64,000 nucleotides of DNA, taken from positions 8,556,001-8,620,000 of the forward strand of contig OX597821.1 of the NCBI GenBank assembly GCA_951406725.2, given 5' to 3'. Position 1 is the first letter of the stretch. Each line of letters begins with the position of its first letter. Both the position numbers and the translations under genes were made by a program. The notes under the pieces were generated by a model. The model was not told the origin of the DNA. It worked only from the letters and a program-made list of their open reading frames with translations, and ran no database searches. Origin of the DNA: Octopus vulgaris. Taxonomy: Eukaryota. This document shows, in pieces, positions 15,344-30,355 of this stretch.

Positions 15344-15509
15344 CTGTGCTCTTACACATATATTTAGAGGACAGCCTCTTTACATACTGGGGTATGTATT
15401 GTGTAAGTGCAAATATATTCTCATGGCATACCGAAATATTTATTTTCGTATAATACATGTATACTAAAGAAATGATTTGAAATGGAATGAAATATTGATA
15501 ACGGTAGTT

Positions 15510-15521
15510 GTAATAATAATG

Positions 15522-15595
<74 letters not shown>

Positions 15596-15641
15596 TATTA
15601 TTATTATTATTATAATAATAATAATAATAATGATGATGATA

Positions 15642-15680
<39 letters not shown>

Positions 15681-15720
15681 ATGATGATTAGAAGAATAAG
15701 AATAAGATAAGAATAATTTT
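15510..15720. repeat. (AAT)n/(ATT)n/(ATG)n microsatellite
   Basis: Direct reading. Confidence 0.95.
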
Positions 15721-15841
15721 AATGATAATATAACATTATAAATATTTTTGCCAATTTTTTTCTTACTCGCATTCCTTCCCCTGCTCTTTATATCCCTCTG
15801 CGTATATTATACCTATCTATCTATCTATCTATCTATCTATA

Positions 15842-15922
<81 letters not shown>

Positions 15923-15924
15923 GT

Positions 15925-16760
15925 GCAAACTTGCTGACTTGTGCATTGACTGTTGCATTAGGTGGTAACTATTCGAAGTGAATTACCCTTTTGCAATCCC
16001 ACCAAAGAGAGAATAACCTTTTTTCCATGAAGTTCCCTTCTCGGTTGTGGTTTAGCTTTTATCCTTTTACCAAGCCACTGTTTACGACGTTTAACATTTC
16101 GATAGAAGATCCATTTTTCGTCAACAGTCACAAGTCTATCCAAAAAGGGTAAAATGAGTTCGCGAGAATGGAGAGAAGAGCAGATGTCAACTCGGAATTT
16201 GCGGTTGCTTTCAGACAATTCATGAGGCACCCATTTTACAAATTTAGGAACTTTTGCAAGTTGTTGAAGATGACGATGAACAGCTGTATGGTTTGAACTA
16301 AGCTTTATTGTCAATTCTTCAACTGATAATACAGGATTTTCTTCAAGTAATGCCTCAAGGTGCATATCATGAAACTGAACTTGACGTCCTGTCCGATCTT
16401 CATCTTCAAGGCTGAAATCTCCAATACTGAATTTTGCAAGCCATCTTCTGCAAGTTCTTTCATTCAAGCATTCTTTCCCATAAATTGAGTGTATGTTTCG
16501 AGTCGCTTCGGCTGCAGAGTTTCCTTTTTTGTATTCATAAATCATTATGTGCCTTAAATGCTCTTTGGATACTTCCATGTTAGAAAGGGTTTTAATCAAA
16601 GAAATTTTAATTCTATTATTCTGTAAAATATTTAATTAGTTTAAATGTACACATACATAAAAATAATTTTTAATTACATTAGACATTCTAAAATACTTTA
16701 AAATTTCATTCAATTTAAAAAAAAAAGGTAAAATCGATGAGAACTTATGGGATGACCTGA
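15925..16760 (-). pseudogene. Mariner 5' half with TIR (same family as 6397-6950)
   Basis: 213-aa ORF with HLRHIMIYEYKKGNSAAEATRNI, KWVPHEL and FLDRLVTVDEKWIFY. TIR agaacttatgggatgacctga ends at 16760, followed by TA. Confidence 0.92.
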
Positions 16761-16769
16761 TATATACAC

Positions 16770-18030
16770 ACAAGGTGCGTAGGGTGTTTGAGGAGATAAC
16801 TTTCTGGGGTTATTGCTGCATTTTTGGCTAACTCTGTATAATTTTGTTTCAGAAAATAATAATGGCAGACCCGCAGCTTACTCAAGAAATGAAGAGGCAT
16901 GCTGTCATTGTTGTTATAAAGGCTGAGAATTCAGAAATATCTCAATTTTTTAAATGTTGCCAGATTCTTTCGTCTACAAAGTTTGTAAGTAGCTAGAGAC
17001 TAAAGATGGAGACGTATCACCAGAATCAAAGTATAAACAGTATTCTAAACATTCTGAAATCATCAGAACACCTGAATGTATCTAGCAAGTTCAACAGACT
17101 ATTGATTACAACTCCAGAAACTCCATGAGGTCAATTACAAAAGATCTCCATGTGTCAGAAGGAACAATCACAAATGCTGTCCAAGAAGACTTCAGATATA
17201 AGTCTTATATGATGAGGAAAGGTTAATTTGTCAGAAAAAGCAAAAGAAAATCACTACATCAGGTCTAAAAGGCTCTTTAACAAACTGAAGAAAAAACTAG
17301 TAGAAGATTTGATTTGATTTTTCTTAAACGGGAAAAACTTCGACCAAGATCAAAAAGTTAACAGAATAAATGACAGATGGTTATGTGCAGACCCTCTTGA
17401 AGTTCAAAGTGTTATGCATACAAAATTTCCTGCAACTGTCATGGTTTTAGGGGTTGTCAGCAACGAACGGCATGTGATACAATGTGATACCTTGCGTCTT
17501 GTCACAAGGCCTTAGCGTTAACTCTGCCGCCTATATTGAGGTCCTGGAAATAATTGTTAAGCCCTGGATAGTCAGTGTATGCAATGGAAGGCCATATGTG
17601 TTTCAGTAAGTCTCTGCACTATCACACATGGCTCTAGTAACACAGGAACGGATGGCTAAAATCTTCAGGATCACATAACTCCTAACATTTGGCTTCCTAA
17701 TTCCCCAGCTCTCAATCCATTGGACTATTACATGTGGAGCGTTGTTGAGAGAGAGGTCATTGAACACGCCCAGAACACCAAAGATTCTCTGAAAGTTTCC
17801 ATAGTCTGAGTAATGTCCAAAATGAACAAGGACCACTTGATTCGAGCATGTAGATGATTTAGATCTCATATAGAATCAGTTGTTGAAACTGAAGGTGGAT
17901 TTATTGAATAACATTAGAGAAAAGAAGGTTTACTTTTATCCTCATAGCATGTTTTGATAAATGAAGCTATTATCCGTTATTATGTATCTGTTCTTTTTTT
18001 TATAAACAGAAATGTGTTATCCAATATCTT
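16770..18030 (+). pseudogene. Near full-length decayed Tc1/mariner DD37D (maT/Bmmar1-like) transposon
   Basis: Broken frames give KNFDQDQKVNRINDRWL, TKFPATVMVLGVVSNE, PYVFQ, WLPNSPALNPLDYYMW and VVETEGGFIE*. Confidence 0.85.
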
Positions 18031-18043
18031 GCATATATATATA

Positions 18044-18591
18044 TGTAAGAGTTAGCACTTCCTTCTCTAAGCTTGGATTCGAAATCGAGTCCAAGAATCA
18101 TCGGTCGTCAAATACCAATGCATGTATAGGCGCGAAATTTAAGAATCCCTTTGTTCTGTCAAAAAGTGATTGATCATCTCCCTTTGACCTACGACCTGAG
18201 CCATGTCAGGCGAAGTTCAACTGGACTAACGATGACCTACTTAAGTAGTAACTCTGTTGCAGTATAGCTATCTTTCTAGCTGTTTGAGATATTATAAATA
18301 CAAAGGGAAAAACAGAGAAACACACAATCGGAGCTGACACAGCAGCAGACACCCCGCGTTTTGGAGACGACTAGAGAAATGCCTACAGGTTACTGTTCTG
18401 AATGATTCACGCACACACCCACACACACACAAACATATTCATCTTTAATATGTGTTCTGTACAAGCAATGCGTAGCATTTGCTTACATTTGTATGTAGTG
18501 TACTTATAACCCATGTAAATAAATCCCTTTTTAATCATGAAACAGTTTATGTATTTATTTACGCACACACACATCCACTACATATATAACA
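18044..18591 (+). mobile_element. Possible solo LTR
   Basis: About 550 bp bounded by TGT...ACA with AATAAA about 70 bp from the 3' end. TSD unclear. Confidence 0.35.
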
Positions 18592-19474
18592 CATATTAGT
18601 TATGTTACGTTACAAAAGAATAATAGTGCTCAATGTTTTTATACATTGCATGAATTGCGTAAATGCTTGTATGTCTTAATTCATATGACATAATCAGAGA
18701 TTACATATGTTCGGACATTAGCTTCGTTCGCCTGGCCATCCGTGCATACCATTACCTGTACTATATAACACAATATAAAAACAACTGATACTGAAAGCAA
18801 AGCTAAAATTTAATCCAGACGTTAATGTTTACTATTAGATTAAGTGAAGTTCCTTCCCCCAAGAAAAATGTTCTTTATCAGCTGTTAACGTCATTTTCTA
18901 GCTGTTAATTAAGATCATTTTCGTGACAGTTACATTGTCTGTTAATCAATGAAACAGCGAGGATTCATCGCCATTTTGAATTAAGGTATATTTTTCCATT
19001 ATAGGCTGACTTGCAGTTTTAAGTCGAACAAATGGTCTTATTTTAAAGTTGGATACTTAAAAGACAATAATTACTCTACTGGTTCTTTTTTGTGGTCCCG
19101 TTAATTACGGGTACAATTGTAAGCTCAACATTCTAAAAACGTGACAACCCATCTTCACTATACATACATATATTTATCTATATGTATATAATATCTATCT
19201 ATATGTATATAATATGACAATAAGTATCATATAATTACATATATTTATCTACAAGTATGCATATACATACGTACATGCGTACACACATATATCTGATTAT
19301 CGGGGAATGGCAGAATGGAAGCATGCCCAACATGCATCCACAACAAACTTGCACAGAAAGAGCAAGAGTTCATTTTAAATTAAGACAATGATGATGATGA
19401 TGATGTTGTACTCTAAAATGCGAGTTAGTACTCATTTGTCTCATCATTTATTCTACTTTTATTCATTCCGAGCG

Positions 19475-19770
19475 AAGGCGCGGAGCCTAGTAGGTAAGAT
19501 GTTTTAATCATGATCATAACGTTGTCGGTTCTACCGAGGGGTACGATGCGTCCTTAGACAAGACTCTTCATTTCTCGTTGCTCTTGTCTACTCAGCTGTA
19601 ATAATTATCGGCCAAGTGGGTGTTGATGCAGGCCCGCACTTCCTTCAGTTTGCACGTCCATGAGAGAATGTGTTTGTTTGCACGCGACTACATAAGCAGT
19701 TAAAACAATTAGTGAAAGCGTGGTGCATCTCTGGCAATTCATACCCGCTCGTAAGTGACGGGTGGTTGTC
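19475..19770 (+). mobile_element. Old SINE family C copy
   Basis: tRNA-like head followed by cgtccttagacaagactcttcatttctcgttgctc, homologous to 36608. Confidence 0.6.
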
Positions 19771-20498
19771 TTTTGTTCATTTCAATTGATGAATTCAACC
19801 AATACTGCCGACGTGCATTTGTCTACTATCCCTTCTTTATTTTCGAATATGTCTGCTAAATCTCACCTCTCACCTCATTTATGGAATTTAAAGATAAAAT
19901 GAATATAAGAAGACAATCGCAATTGCTATGATATGATATGAAAAATAGACGAGAGTATATCGCCGTATATTGTCCGGCCATTCGTTATAATAGCTAATAC
20001 AGTTCGAATCATTTTGAACAATACTGAGAACATTATGGAATGTTCCCAATCAGAGTAATTTTCTAAGCATAATGGAAACCACTTAAAACAAGATTCCAGT
20101 GTCTTGACACGGACATATCGCCGTGTCACTGACAATGTGCGTAATACTGGCCCATCGCTTGTTTTACAGACATCTTATCGATCTGGCCAACGTATTTCTA
20201 TACAAATGTAGACATAGATGAATGCTACAGCCTAAATGTACGCACCGATATATCTATTATTCCACACGTTTAAATAACCACATGTGTAGATACCCTTGAG
20301 TATATGTATCTGTGTGTAAATATGTGTATGCGCATCTGTGTGTGCGTGCGTTCGTCTGTGTGTGTGTGAATATGTACAGATGCTGTTATTCGAATTTGCG
20401 TAAGATATAAACGTTAGCATTATTTGGATCATTTAATTTTTGCATTTTTGCCTTTTGTTTCACTCTCTCTCCCTCTTTCTTTATCTCAATTGCTTTGT

Positions 20499-20534
<36 letters not shown>

Positions 20535-20662
20535 CGCACACACTCAAGGGTATGTATGCATATCTATCTGCATACATACATACATAGGCTTGTATAGTCA
20601 AGGCAACATGCAAAAACACAACACAACGTACACAAAAATAAACGTATATATATATATGTATG

Positions 20663-20716
<54 letters not shown>

Positions 20717-20734
20717 TATAGGTATGCATATATG

Positions 20735-20766
<32 letters not shown>

Positions 20767-21290
20767 ATATAGGTATTCATATATATATATGTAAGCATAT
20801 ATAGAGATAAATACATGCCTATATACAAGTACACACACACATACACATATATATATATAAATATGTATACATACCTATTTATATATACATACATACTCAC
20901 ACGCAAATATATGTGTGTGTGTGTGTCCTTTCACAACTGCATGGTGTAATTTCCTCAGGTGTAGAAAGTTAGATAAGTGGAACGCTATAAAACAGCTACA
21001 ATTGGGAATTGCCTCCCTCCCCAAAAGAATGAACCAAAAAGAAACGTTACTGCAACTAAGCAAGCAAAGGAAAAGGCAAATAAAATAAATAATAAAACAA
21101 TGTACGTAATGTTTATACACAGGAAATGGAAGTTGAAAGCTGAAGATTGCAACTGGTATAGCGAAAAGGAAGATTGGATGAAAGCAGAATCTCTTTTAAA
21201 ATCGACGGCGATGACGAAATTAAGACTTTCTTATAAATGTTGTAATCGCCGTTAATTTCGATCAGTGATATATGTATGTATATAATCATA

Positions 21291-21334
<44 letters not shown>

Positions 21335-21450
21335 TATGTATATATATATATAGAGAGAGAGAGAGATATATGCATATGGTTACATAATACATAGATGTAT
21401 ATATTTATATATAAATATATATATGCTTATAAATATAAATTTATCTATCT

Positions 21451-21492
<42 letters not shown>

Positions 21493-21556
21493 CTATCTAT
21501 CTCTCTCTCTCTCTATATATATATATATGTATATCTATCTATGTGTATATACATAC

Positions 21557-21604
<48 letters not shown>

Positions 21605-21842
21605 TCACGCATATACAGTTCAAATAAGATGTGTGCATGTAATTTGCGGCATTTGTTTGCACTCCTCTGTGATAATATTGATTTCTGGCATAAAGCGAAA
21701 GATTTATCCGATCGCAGTGAAGAGAAACAAGAGTTTCTGGCATCGATAATAATATATGGCTTACTTGGTCTTGTATTTCATCTGCTAATGTGCGGGGCTT
21801 CAGTAATTTTGTTCAATCGCCACATATATATATATATATATG

Positions 21843-21913
<71 letters not shown>

Positions 21914-22461
21914 GTATACATGCGTTTGTGTATACACACACACATATATATAGATACACATACATAGGTATGTATATATTTATGTATGATATATATATAT
22001 ATATTTGCATATGTATATAGAAGTCTAAAAATGCCACAACGTATTTATTTCAAGAAAGAATTTCCACATTCTTTTTTGTTATTTTTGTTATTGATTTTAT
22101 GGGTTTTTCTGTTTTTGCTCTCCCCGCTTTTCTCGAATCGGGTTCTGTAAGGTATAATGAAATTCCTTCCAACCATGTCATTTCCGTTGTGCTTTTTGGA
22201 TATAGTGTACCCCGCAATACACGATATAATTTCTCTAGATTTTTCAAGCTTATTTCTTTTTATGGATCTTTCCAGATGTTTCGCCGATTTGCGTTGCAAT
22301 TGTTTGGTTCACTGTACTTCGTTGCTTGTTAAATTAAACTGCAAACGGTTGAGTATTTCATCCTATGATTGTTTTTTTTGGGAACACAATCCTTGTGAAA
22401 ATTCCATGTGATACACTGTGAGTATTACACTGAATCTCTATGAGAATCATGTGTGATAAGG

Positions 22462-22635
22462 CTGGTCGTTATGGCTGTATGGTTAAGATGCTCGCTTTGC
22501 AGCCACTTGATTTCGAGTTCACTCCTACTTCGTGGCATTTTGGGCAAGTGTCTTCTTCTGTAGCATCGGACCGACCAATCAACCGATACCTTGTAAGTGA
22601 TTTGGGAAGTGGAGAAACTGTGTGGAAGCTCGTCG

Positions 22636-22697
<62 letters not shown>

Positions 22698-22905
22698 TGT
22701 GTGTATGCGTGTGTGTGTACATGTGTGTGCATTTGTTCCGCATCAGCTTTAAAACCGGTATTACTTTGTTTATATTTCCATAACGTATTCGGCTTAAGAG
22801 ACCGATAGAATAAGTTTCAGACATAGAAAAATATGTTAGTACTGGGGTTGATTTTCTTCGACTAAAACTCTAAAATCCAGTGACTGAAACAAATACAAAA
22901 TTAAA
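22462..22905 (+). mobile_element. Old SINE family A copy
   Basis: Diverged head and tail of family A with internal (TA)n. Confidence 0.75.
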
Positions 22906-23139
22906 AGATAATTCCCTTTCTGTAAAATTCGCCTCCACCGAATTCTCCACACAAGGCTAGGATCAGCCTAAGAATTAGTCATGCAGAAAGATTGGATCGA
23001 TATTAATAGTACATTTGTGATCATAAAATTTCTCAAAGCTGACCTGGAATTAAACATCCTCGTAACCACCATCATCAACAACAATGAGGAAGTATTTACG
23101 CGTCCCATCAATTATCGAAATTGAGGAAATGTATTGGTT

Positions 23140-23950
23140 TTAAAATTCCACATAAGGTCAGCAGATTGGAGAGTGGCGTTAAGTCGATTATATCGACACC
23201 AGTGATCAACTGTTATTTATTTTATAGACTCCAAAAGGATGACAGGCAAAGTCGACCTTGGCTGAATTTGATCTCAGAACATAAAGACGGACGAAATGCC
23301 GCTGAACATCTTGCCCGGCAAGAAAACGATTCTGCCAGTTCGCCGAAATATTAAGGCCTTTTAATCGTTACATAATTCGACAATTGTTTCGAGAGGAACA
23401 CATATCGCTAGTCTATCATATCTACTCCAGTTATTGAGTGGTATTTTATTTTATGGAATCCCACGACATGAGTGGTTAAAGTTGATTTTGGTGGGATTTA
23501 AACAAAGTAACGCCATTTTTAAAAATGTTTAACCACACCAAACTTTTTGATCACACTGTAATATTTGCCATCCGGAATGTCATTAAAAACCACTTGGTAT
23601 TTTTCTCTGTTGTCTACCAGTTCTGGGATCTAATCGTTGTTAGTATTTAGCAAGCAGAAAGGCGAGGGGCGATAGAACAAGTGCCAGTTGAGCACTTGAG
23701 GTCAATGTAATCGGTTTACTCAATCTCTCAAAATTACTGTCTTAATGCCAAAACTTGAAACCAATATGTATGCTTAGTAGCACTTCGTCCGTTCCTACTT
23801 TCTGAATTCAAATCCCACCGAGGTGAACTTTACCTTTCATCCTTCCCGCATCAATAACATAGGTACTAGTTGATCACTGGAGTCAATGTAATCGGCTTAC
23901 CCCGTCCCACGAACTTACTGGCCTTGTGGCAAAATTTGAAACCAATATTT
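23140..23950. mobile_element. Cluster of old family B-related SINE fragments
   Basis: Diverged matches at about 23140-23345 (-) and 23770-23950 (+). Confidence 0.65.
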
Positions 23951-25241
23951 AACTTTTAGGTCGGTTTTAATCAATTATACTCAGGACCGCCTTAGCAGCA
24001 TTAAAGGCTTCCGAGCAAATCAATGCACTGTCCCCTATAGGATATATTTATTGACAGCAAGCTGCAGAATTCATAGATGAGAATTGGAACCCTACACCCG
24101 TGAAGTCCTTGAGCAGCTTTCCAGTATGACGATCCCTTAACATGGCCCTGAGTATATCTATGATCAAAAGCATTCCAATCGTGCCCACAATATCATTTTT
24201 CTTATCTGGAGGGAAATTAAGCTCATATTATGCAATATGCCATTCTGAAAGACAGTAGTGTATTATCTAAAGAAGATTTAACAGCTATTTTCTGCCAACA
24301 AAGCGACCTCGTGACAGCGGCATTGTTGTCGTCTTATGGTATTCACTGTTTGTGGAGGAAGAAGCACGTATGCATCACAGTCCATTTGTGAAGATAAAAA
24401 CAATAATGGCTGTCATAAAGGAAACCTTTATTACGCAATGTTGACAGCTATTAGACGTTTTATCTATTTCTATGCCAATATATGTTTCGGCTAAAGTATC
24501 TTTAATTTATGATGTATGGAGATTTATGACGATTTTGAAGGACGTACATATTTTCCCGATTTCCTTTCTCAGTCACTCATTCACTTCATAATATACATAC
24601 ATATACATGTATGTATTGGAATAGACATACATATATATATGTATATAAATATGTATATATGCATATATATATATATATATCTATGTCTCTCTTTCGCTCT
24701 CTCTCTCTCTCTCTGTATATATATATATATATATATATATGCATATATAGCTACATGTATGCATATATATGCCTATATATATATATATGTATATATATAC
24801 ATGTGTTTATATATATGTGTGTGTGTGTTTGTGTCTGTGTATGTATCAACACAACACAAACACATATACACACACACATGCATGTAACATTCCTTCTGTA
24901 ATCATAAGCATAGAATCAAATAGAGAATGCAACAAAATGGGAAAGAAATGACATCCGTGAATGGCAGATAGAGAAAAACAGAGAGAGAGAGAGAGAGGGG
25001 GAAGAGAGAGAAGAGAGAGTGAGAGTGAGAATGATAGGGAGAGGTAGATGTAGATAGTAAATAAATAAAGAAAGAGAACAAGAGAGAGAGAGAGAGAGAG
25101 ATATAGTGAAAGGGGAGACAAGGATGGGAATACAGTATGCACGTACCAATGGGTATATCATGAAAATTACAATTCTGTATAAAGCACATTTCACTGTAAT
25201 TTGTTTTTATCCAAGAGTATATACATTCACGTATTTACTAA

Positions 25242-25295
<54 letters not shown>

Positions 25296-25399
25296 GGATA
25301 CGTATATTTCTTTTAAATATGAGGCCTGCAAAGACACCACTGCATCAAAGGTCAGGATTTTACTCGAGGAAGATTAGGTTGGTTTTAGGGAAGTTTTTG

Positions 25400-26590
25400 G
25401 GAAGATTAGCTAATTCGATTGCATCGACTCCCAGTGTTCAACTCGAACTTAATTTATCGAACCAGAAATGATAAAAAGCAAAGTTGACCTCGGCGTAATA
25501 TGAACTCAGAATGCAGATACGGGCGAAACACTGCTAAGCATTTTGTCCTGTGTAATAACATTTCTGCCAACTCACCGCCCCAACTTATATCATATCTACT
25601 ATAGGCACAAGGCCTGAAATTTGTGGGGAGAGGGATAGTGAATCACATCGATCCAAGTCCTTGACTGGTACTTAATATAGCGACCCTGAAAGTATGAAAG
25701 TCAAAGCCGGCCTTGGCTATATTTGAACCCAAAACGTAAAGACAGGCGAAACTCCGCTAAGCATTTTCCCCGGCGTGCTAGCGATTCTGCCTGCACACCG
25801 CCTTAGCTTATATAATAATAAAACAATTATTACACTCCACATTCAACATCATATTCAGTTCTTTATTGTATACCTGTGCTTTTCCATGTTTATATTAAAT
25901 ATATATATGTTTTTTGTTTGTTTTTGTTTTTCCAGTTTCAGCTCTTGAGCTGTGGCCATGCTGGGGCACCGCCATTGTGGTGAAAGAGTACAGCAGGGAT
26001 CACCACCCCCTGCCGGAGCCTCGTAGAGCTTTTAGGTGTTTTCGCTCAATAAACACACACAACGCCCGGTCTGAGAATCGAAACCGCGATCCTGCGACCG
26101 CGAGTCCGCTGCCCTAACCACTAGGCCATTGCGCCTCTATATATGTATATATAATTTTTGTATTTCAGTTGGTTCAGCCAATGGTCTGGGATCATTGAGG
26201 ACACCGCATTAAAGGGATTTTTAGTCGAATGAAGAAACGACTCTAGTACTTATTCTATCTGATGACCAACTGCTAACATATGGAACGTAAACACATCAAC
26301 ACTGGTTAGCAGGCGACTGAGAGCGACAGACGTGAACATTCACACACACACTCACACACACGCACAATCACACACAGACACACACACACACACACACACA
26401 TACACACACACGCACACACACAAACACACACACACGCACCTTCCTTCAGTTTCTTTATACCAAATTCATTCAAAAGTCATTGGCCGACTCGCGGCTATAT
26501 CAAAACAGATTTGCCGATGAAGCCACGGAGTAGGGCTGCAGCCAGAACGATGTTGTTAGGAAACGAACATGTTATCGAACAGCCACGCTA
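25400..26590 (-). mobile_element. SINE pile-up: two family B copies, a family C head and a family A copy
   Basis: Homology to the intact copies elsewhere in the window. Confidence 0.75.
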
Positions 26591-26649
26591 GCAGACATCC
26601 ATCCATCCATCCATCCATCCATCCATCCATCCATCCATACATACATAAT

Positions 26650-28320
26650 CAATGATTTAACTGTTTCACCTGTATCTGACGAGGAATGTTACAGGTATCT
26701 AGGGGTGGATGAAAATATATCGTTCAATGACATCTGTAACAAACCACGTTTCACTAAAGAATATTACAGCCGAATAAAGAAAATTTGAACCTCAGAACCC
26801 TCTGCATTCAATAAAACAGTGGATCACAATGTGTTAGCAGTGCCAGTACTCATACCAGCATTTGGGCTACTTGATTGGACGCTTGACGAGATCCGAGCCA
26901 TTGATGTGAAAACCCGAAAAATACTAACAAGCATGCATAATTTCCACATACGTTGACCACCCCTACTTAAAACGGAAACAAAGAGGCCGTGTCTTAAAAT
27001 CGATCCAAAATGCCTTTGAATGTCGCATCATATCCCTTCGACAACATCTTTTAACCACCAAGTGTCGAAGTGCATCCCTTAACCAAGTTTGCATACATGA
27101 GTCTGATAACATCATAAGACTTAGAAGGTAGCTTCTTGAGCAACACTCTTTGTCTGATAACTTAGAATACATGCCCAAAGAGATCGCACGACTCTACTGC
27201 AGCGTATCATCATATGAAAGGATGAGTCTGTATGAGCAGAAGACTATGCAGAGATATATTAGTAGAAAACTCCGAGATGATTGTAACATCGATCATCAAA
27301 GCAGTTTATCACGGTCCAACAGCCGGATTACTACCAACCACTTAGAAGGGTATGCGTTTGCATTCCAGGAACAGGAAATATCAACCAAGTACCTGTTGCA
27401 CAAAAGGGATAGAAATGCAGGAAAAGCAGTAAAATCTGACAACCGATGCAGACTTTGTGAAGTCCACACTGACGATATCAACCACGTCATAAGCAGTTCG
27501 AAAATGTCATTATGATATTATCTAACGATGAGACATGATGTTGTAGCTTGGACACTCTATAATAAAATCCGTCAGAAGGATAATCCCGAGGACAAAGAAA
27601 TAAGAAACAACAATATGGTAGAAGTGATAGCCACTCATAATAAAAAGAAAGTCTGGCAGAATATACCAGTGAAGACCTCAATAAAATATAAGCACGACAG
27701 ACTTGATATAATGATTTGGGATCGAGGAGAGAAACTTTGCGCATTCGTGGAAATAAGATGCCCAGCGGATGTTAACATAAAGCTGAAGGCCTGTGAAAAA
27801 GAGAACACCTATGCTGAACTATTGAGAAATCTGCAGATACTCTACCCAAATTACAAGTTCAGGTTGATACCTGTAATTATTGTGGCCCTAGGATATGTAA
27901 CACACTGCCTAAATACCAATCTTGTGAAATTACGCTTCTCAAAACCAGAAAGGGGAAAGATAATTCGAAGACTATAGATCCATCCATCACTGGAACTATA
28001 AAATTCTGTAAAACTTTCCAGAAGTTTATCATTGAAATATATATAAGCACGTCTAGATATGCAACTATATGCGTGAGAATACTTACATAAAACATGCAAA
28101 TCTGCACATACATACATACATACATACATACATACATACATACATGCATACATACATACATACATACATACATACATACATACATACATACAAACAAACA
28201 AAAATACCCTGTTGATGTTGAACTTTCAGTAAAGGAGCCTAGGATCTAGGTTAGAAACCGGTTCTTTCTCTATTGGCAAGAAATCTTGAAATAAACTGAA
28301 TAATAACATACAAACATACA
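26650..28320 (+). mobile_element. 5'-truncated R4/Dong-type non-LTR retrotransposon (end of RT, zinc knuckle, restriction-like endonuclease, 3' UTR)
   Basis: YRYLGVDEN, CRLCEVHTDDINHVISS, RHDVVA, KHDRLDIMIWD...VEIRCP and IPVIIVALG. Flanked by (CATC/CATA)n. Confidence 0.85.
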
Positions 28321-28404
28321 AACGTACACACACACGTGTATGTGTGGGTGTACATATTAGCCGATATAAGTATTAGCACATGCATGCGTGTATATGTATA
28401 AATG

Positions 28405-28437
<33 letters not shown>

Positions 28438-28574
28438 ATTTTTAACTATATATATGTGTGTATATGTGTATGTAGATTTTTATAGGTATAAATTCGCATA
28501 TGCATATATGCAGAAAGACGTACATGTACATATACTAAGATATATATATATATTTGTGTGCTTATATACGTATA

Positions 28575-28642
<68 letters not shown>

Positions 28643-28658
28643 GTGTGTGCTTATATAC

Positions 28659-28701
<43 letters not shown>

Positions 28702-28707
<6 letters not shown>

Positions 28708-29872
28708 GTTCCCGCCGTTTCTTTAAATTTTGGAATTTATTGCGTTTTAAAATTTTGAATCCATTTTCTTCGAGAATTCATTTTGGAATCTATTTTATGT
28801 TTTTCTAGTTAATTTTTGTTTATTTTCAGATCATTAGAATGGAATGTCAAGTTAAGAAAATCGAGTATTTTCGACACCTCCTTCTTTTTACTTTTAATCA
28901 AAGTTTTAATGCCGCAAATGCTGCTCGCGACATTTGTACTGTGCATGGAGAGGGTGATTGTTATGCCAAGTTGACCTCAAAAACGCAACTCGTTCTGGCC
29001 GTCCAGTTGAGTTCGATGAAGAGCGATTAAACCAACTTTTGCGCGAAAATTCTCGTCAAACGACAAAGGAACTGGCAGAGTAAATGGAATGTCCCTACGC
29101 TGCTATAGAGGAAGCATCTTCACACGATGGGAAAGGTTCAGAAGTATGGAGCATGGGTTCCGCATGCTGTAAGTGACAACAACAAAAATCAACGAGCCAC
29201 AAACACCACTGGGTTGCCTGCTCGTCACCGTCTTTGCTGAATCGTTACTGGTAACAAAAAACATAAGGCCTGTACATCAATATGAAGCAGCGTAAGGAAT
29301 GGCTTAGCCCCGGTAAATAAGCGACACCGCGCGCGAAACAAGATCTTCATCCGCGTAAAACGATGTTGTGCGTATAGTGGGACTGGGAAAGGATTATCCA
29401 TTAGGAATTGCTTGAACGGAACCAAACGGTCAACGCGGAACTCTATGTTCAACAGATGGAACGACTCAACATGGTTATTCACGAGAAAAGACCTAATCGG
29501 CAGCGTGGAGTTCTTCTGCTGCACAACAATGCCCGCCCTCATATCGTCAATAAGAGCAAGGAACCCATTCATGGCTGGGCAGTGCTGCCAAACCAACCGT
29601 ACTCTCCTCATTCGGCACCAACAGATTTCCACCTCTTTCGACCTCTTTCAAATGCTGTGCGCGGAGTTTCGTTCAATACTGATGCAAAATGGAGAGCTTG
29701 GTTGGATCAATTTTTCGAATCGAAATCGGGTGATTTCTACCAACAAGGTATTGAAAATATTGTTGAACGTTGGGAAGAAGTTGTAAACAGCAAGGGTAAA
29801 TAGATCCTTGATTAATTAATTGTTTTTTTTATTAAACCTTTCAAAAAATTTAAGACGGGAACTTGGTTGCTA

Positions 29873-29878
<6 letters not shown>
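28702..29878 (+). mobile_element. Near full-length decayed mariner with both ends, inserted in (TA)n
   Basis: FRHLLLFTFNQ..AANAARDI, GAWVPHA, LLHNNARPH and PYSPHSAPTDFHLF. Imperfect TIRs. Confidence 0.9.
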
Positions 29879-29912
<34 letters not shown>

Positions 29913-29916
<4 letters not shown>

Positions 29917-30107
29917 CGAGGGGCTGCTGAAAAATTTCAGGCTCTGAATAGAAGAAATTACAGGAGGATTAGTTAATCTCAGGTTCACACACTTATTGCA
30001 GCGGCCCATCAGCTTTTCTAAACCTTGGAAACAGAAACTGGAAGTTTGGGACTCCAGCCCGGCATTTTACGATGCCCTTAAAATGAGAAAGATTTCAGCC
30101 CAAACCT
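29913..30107. mobile_element. Mariner-type MITE, second copy of 4947-5169
   Basis: Shared internal sequence (aggaggattagttaat...cacacttat) and ends. Confidence 0.6.
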
Positions 30108-30119
30108 ATTATATATATA

Positions 30120-30157
<38 letters not shown>

Positions 30158-30237
30158 TGTGTGTATCTTTAGATTGATAGATATGTGTCTATACATATAT
30201 AAATATATCTATCTATCTATCTATCTACTTATCCATC

Positions 30238-30355
<118 letters not shown>

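Noticed and set aside
22045-22420. Overlapping short ORFs in non-repetitive sequence
   Set aside because: No recognisable domain. At most a decayed LINE C-terminus.
28225-28270. Stem-loop plus GAAACCGGTT in the LINE 3' UTR, resembling a hammerhead half
   Set aside because: No CUGANGA-like box or stem I is present.
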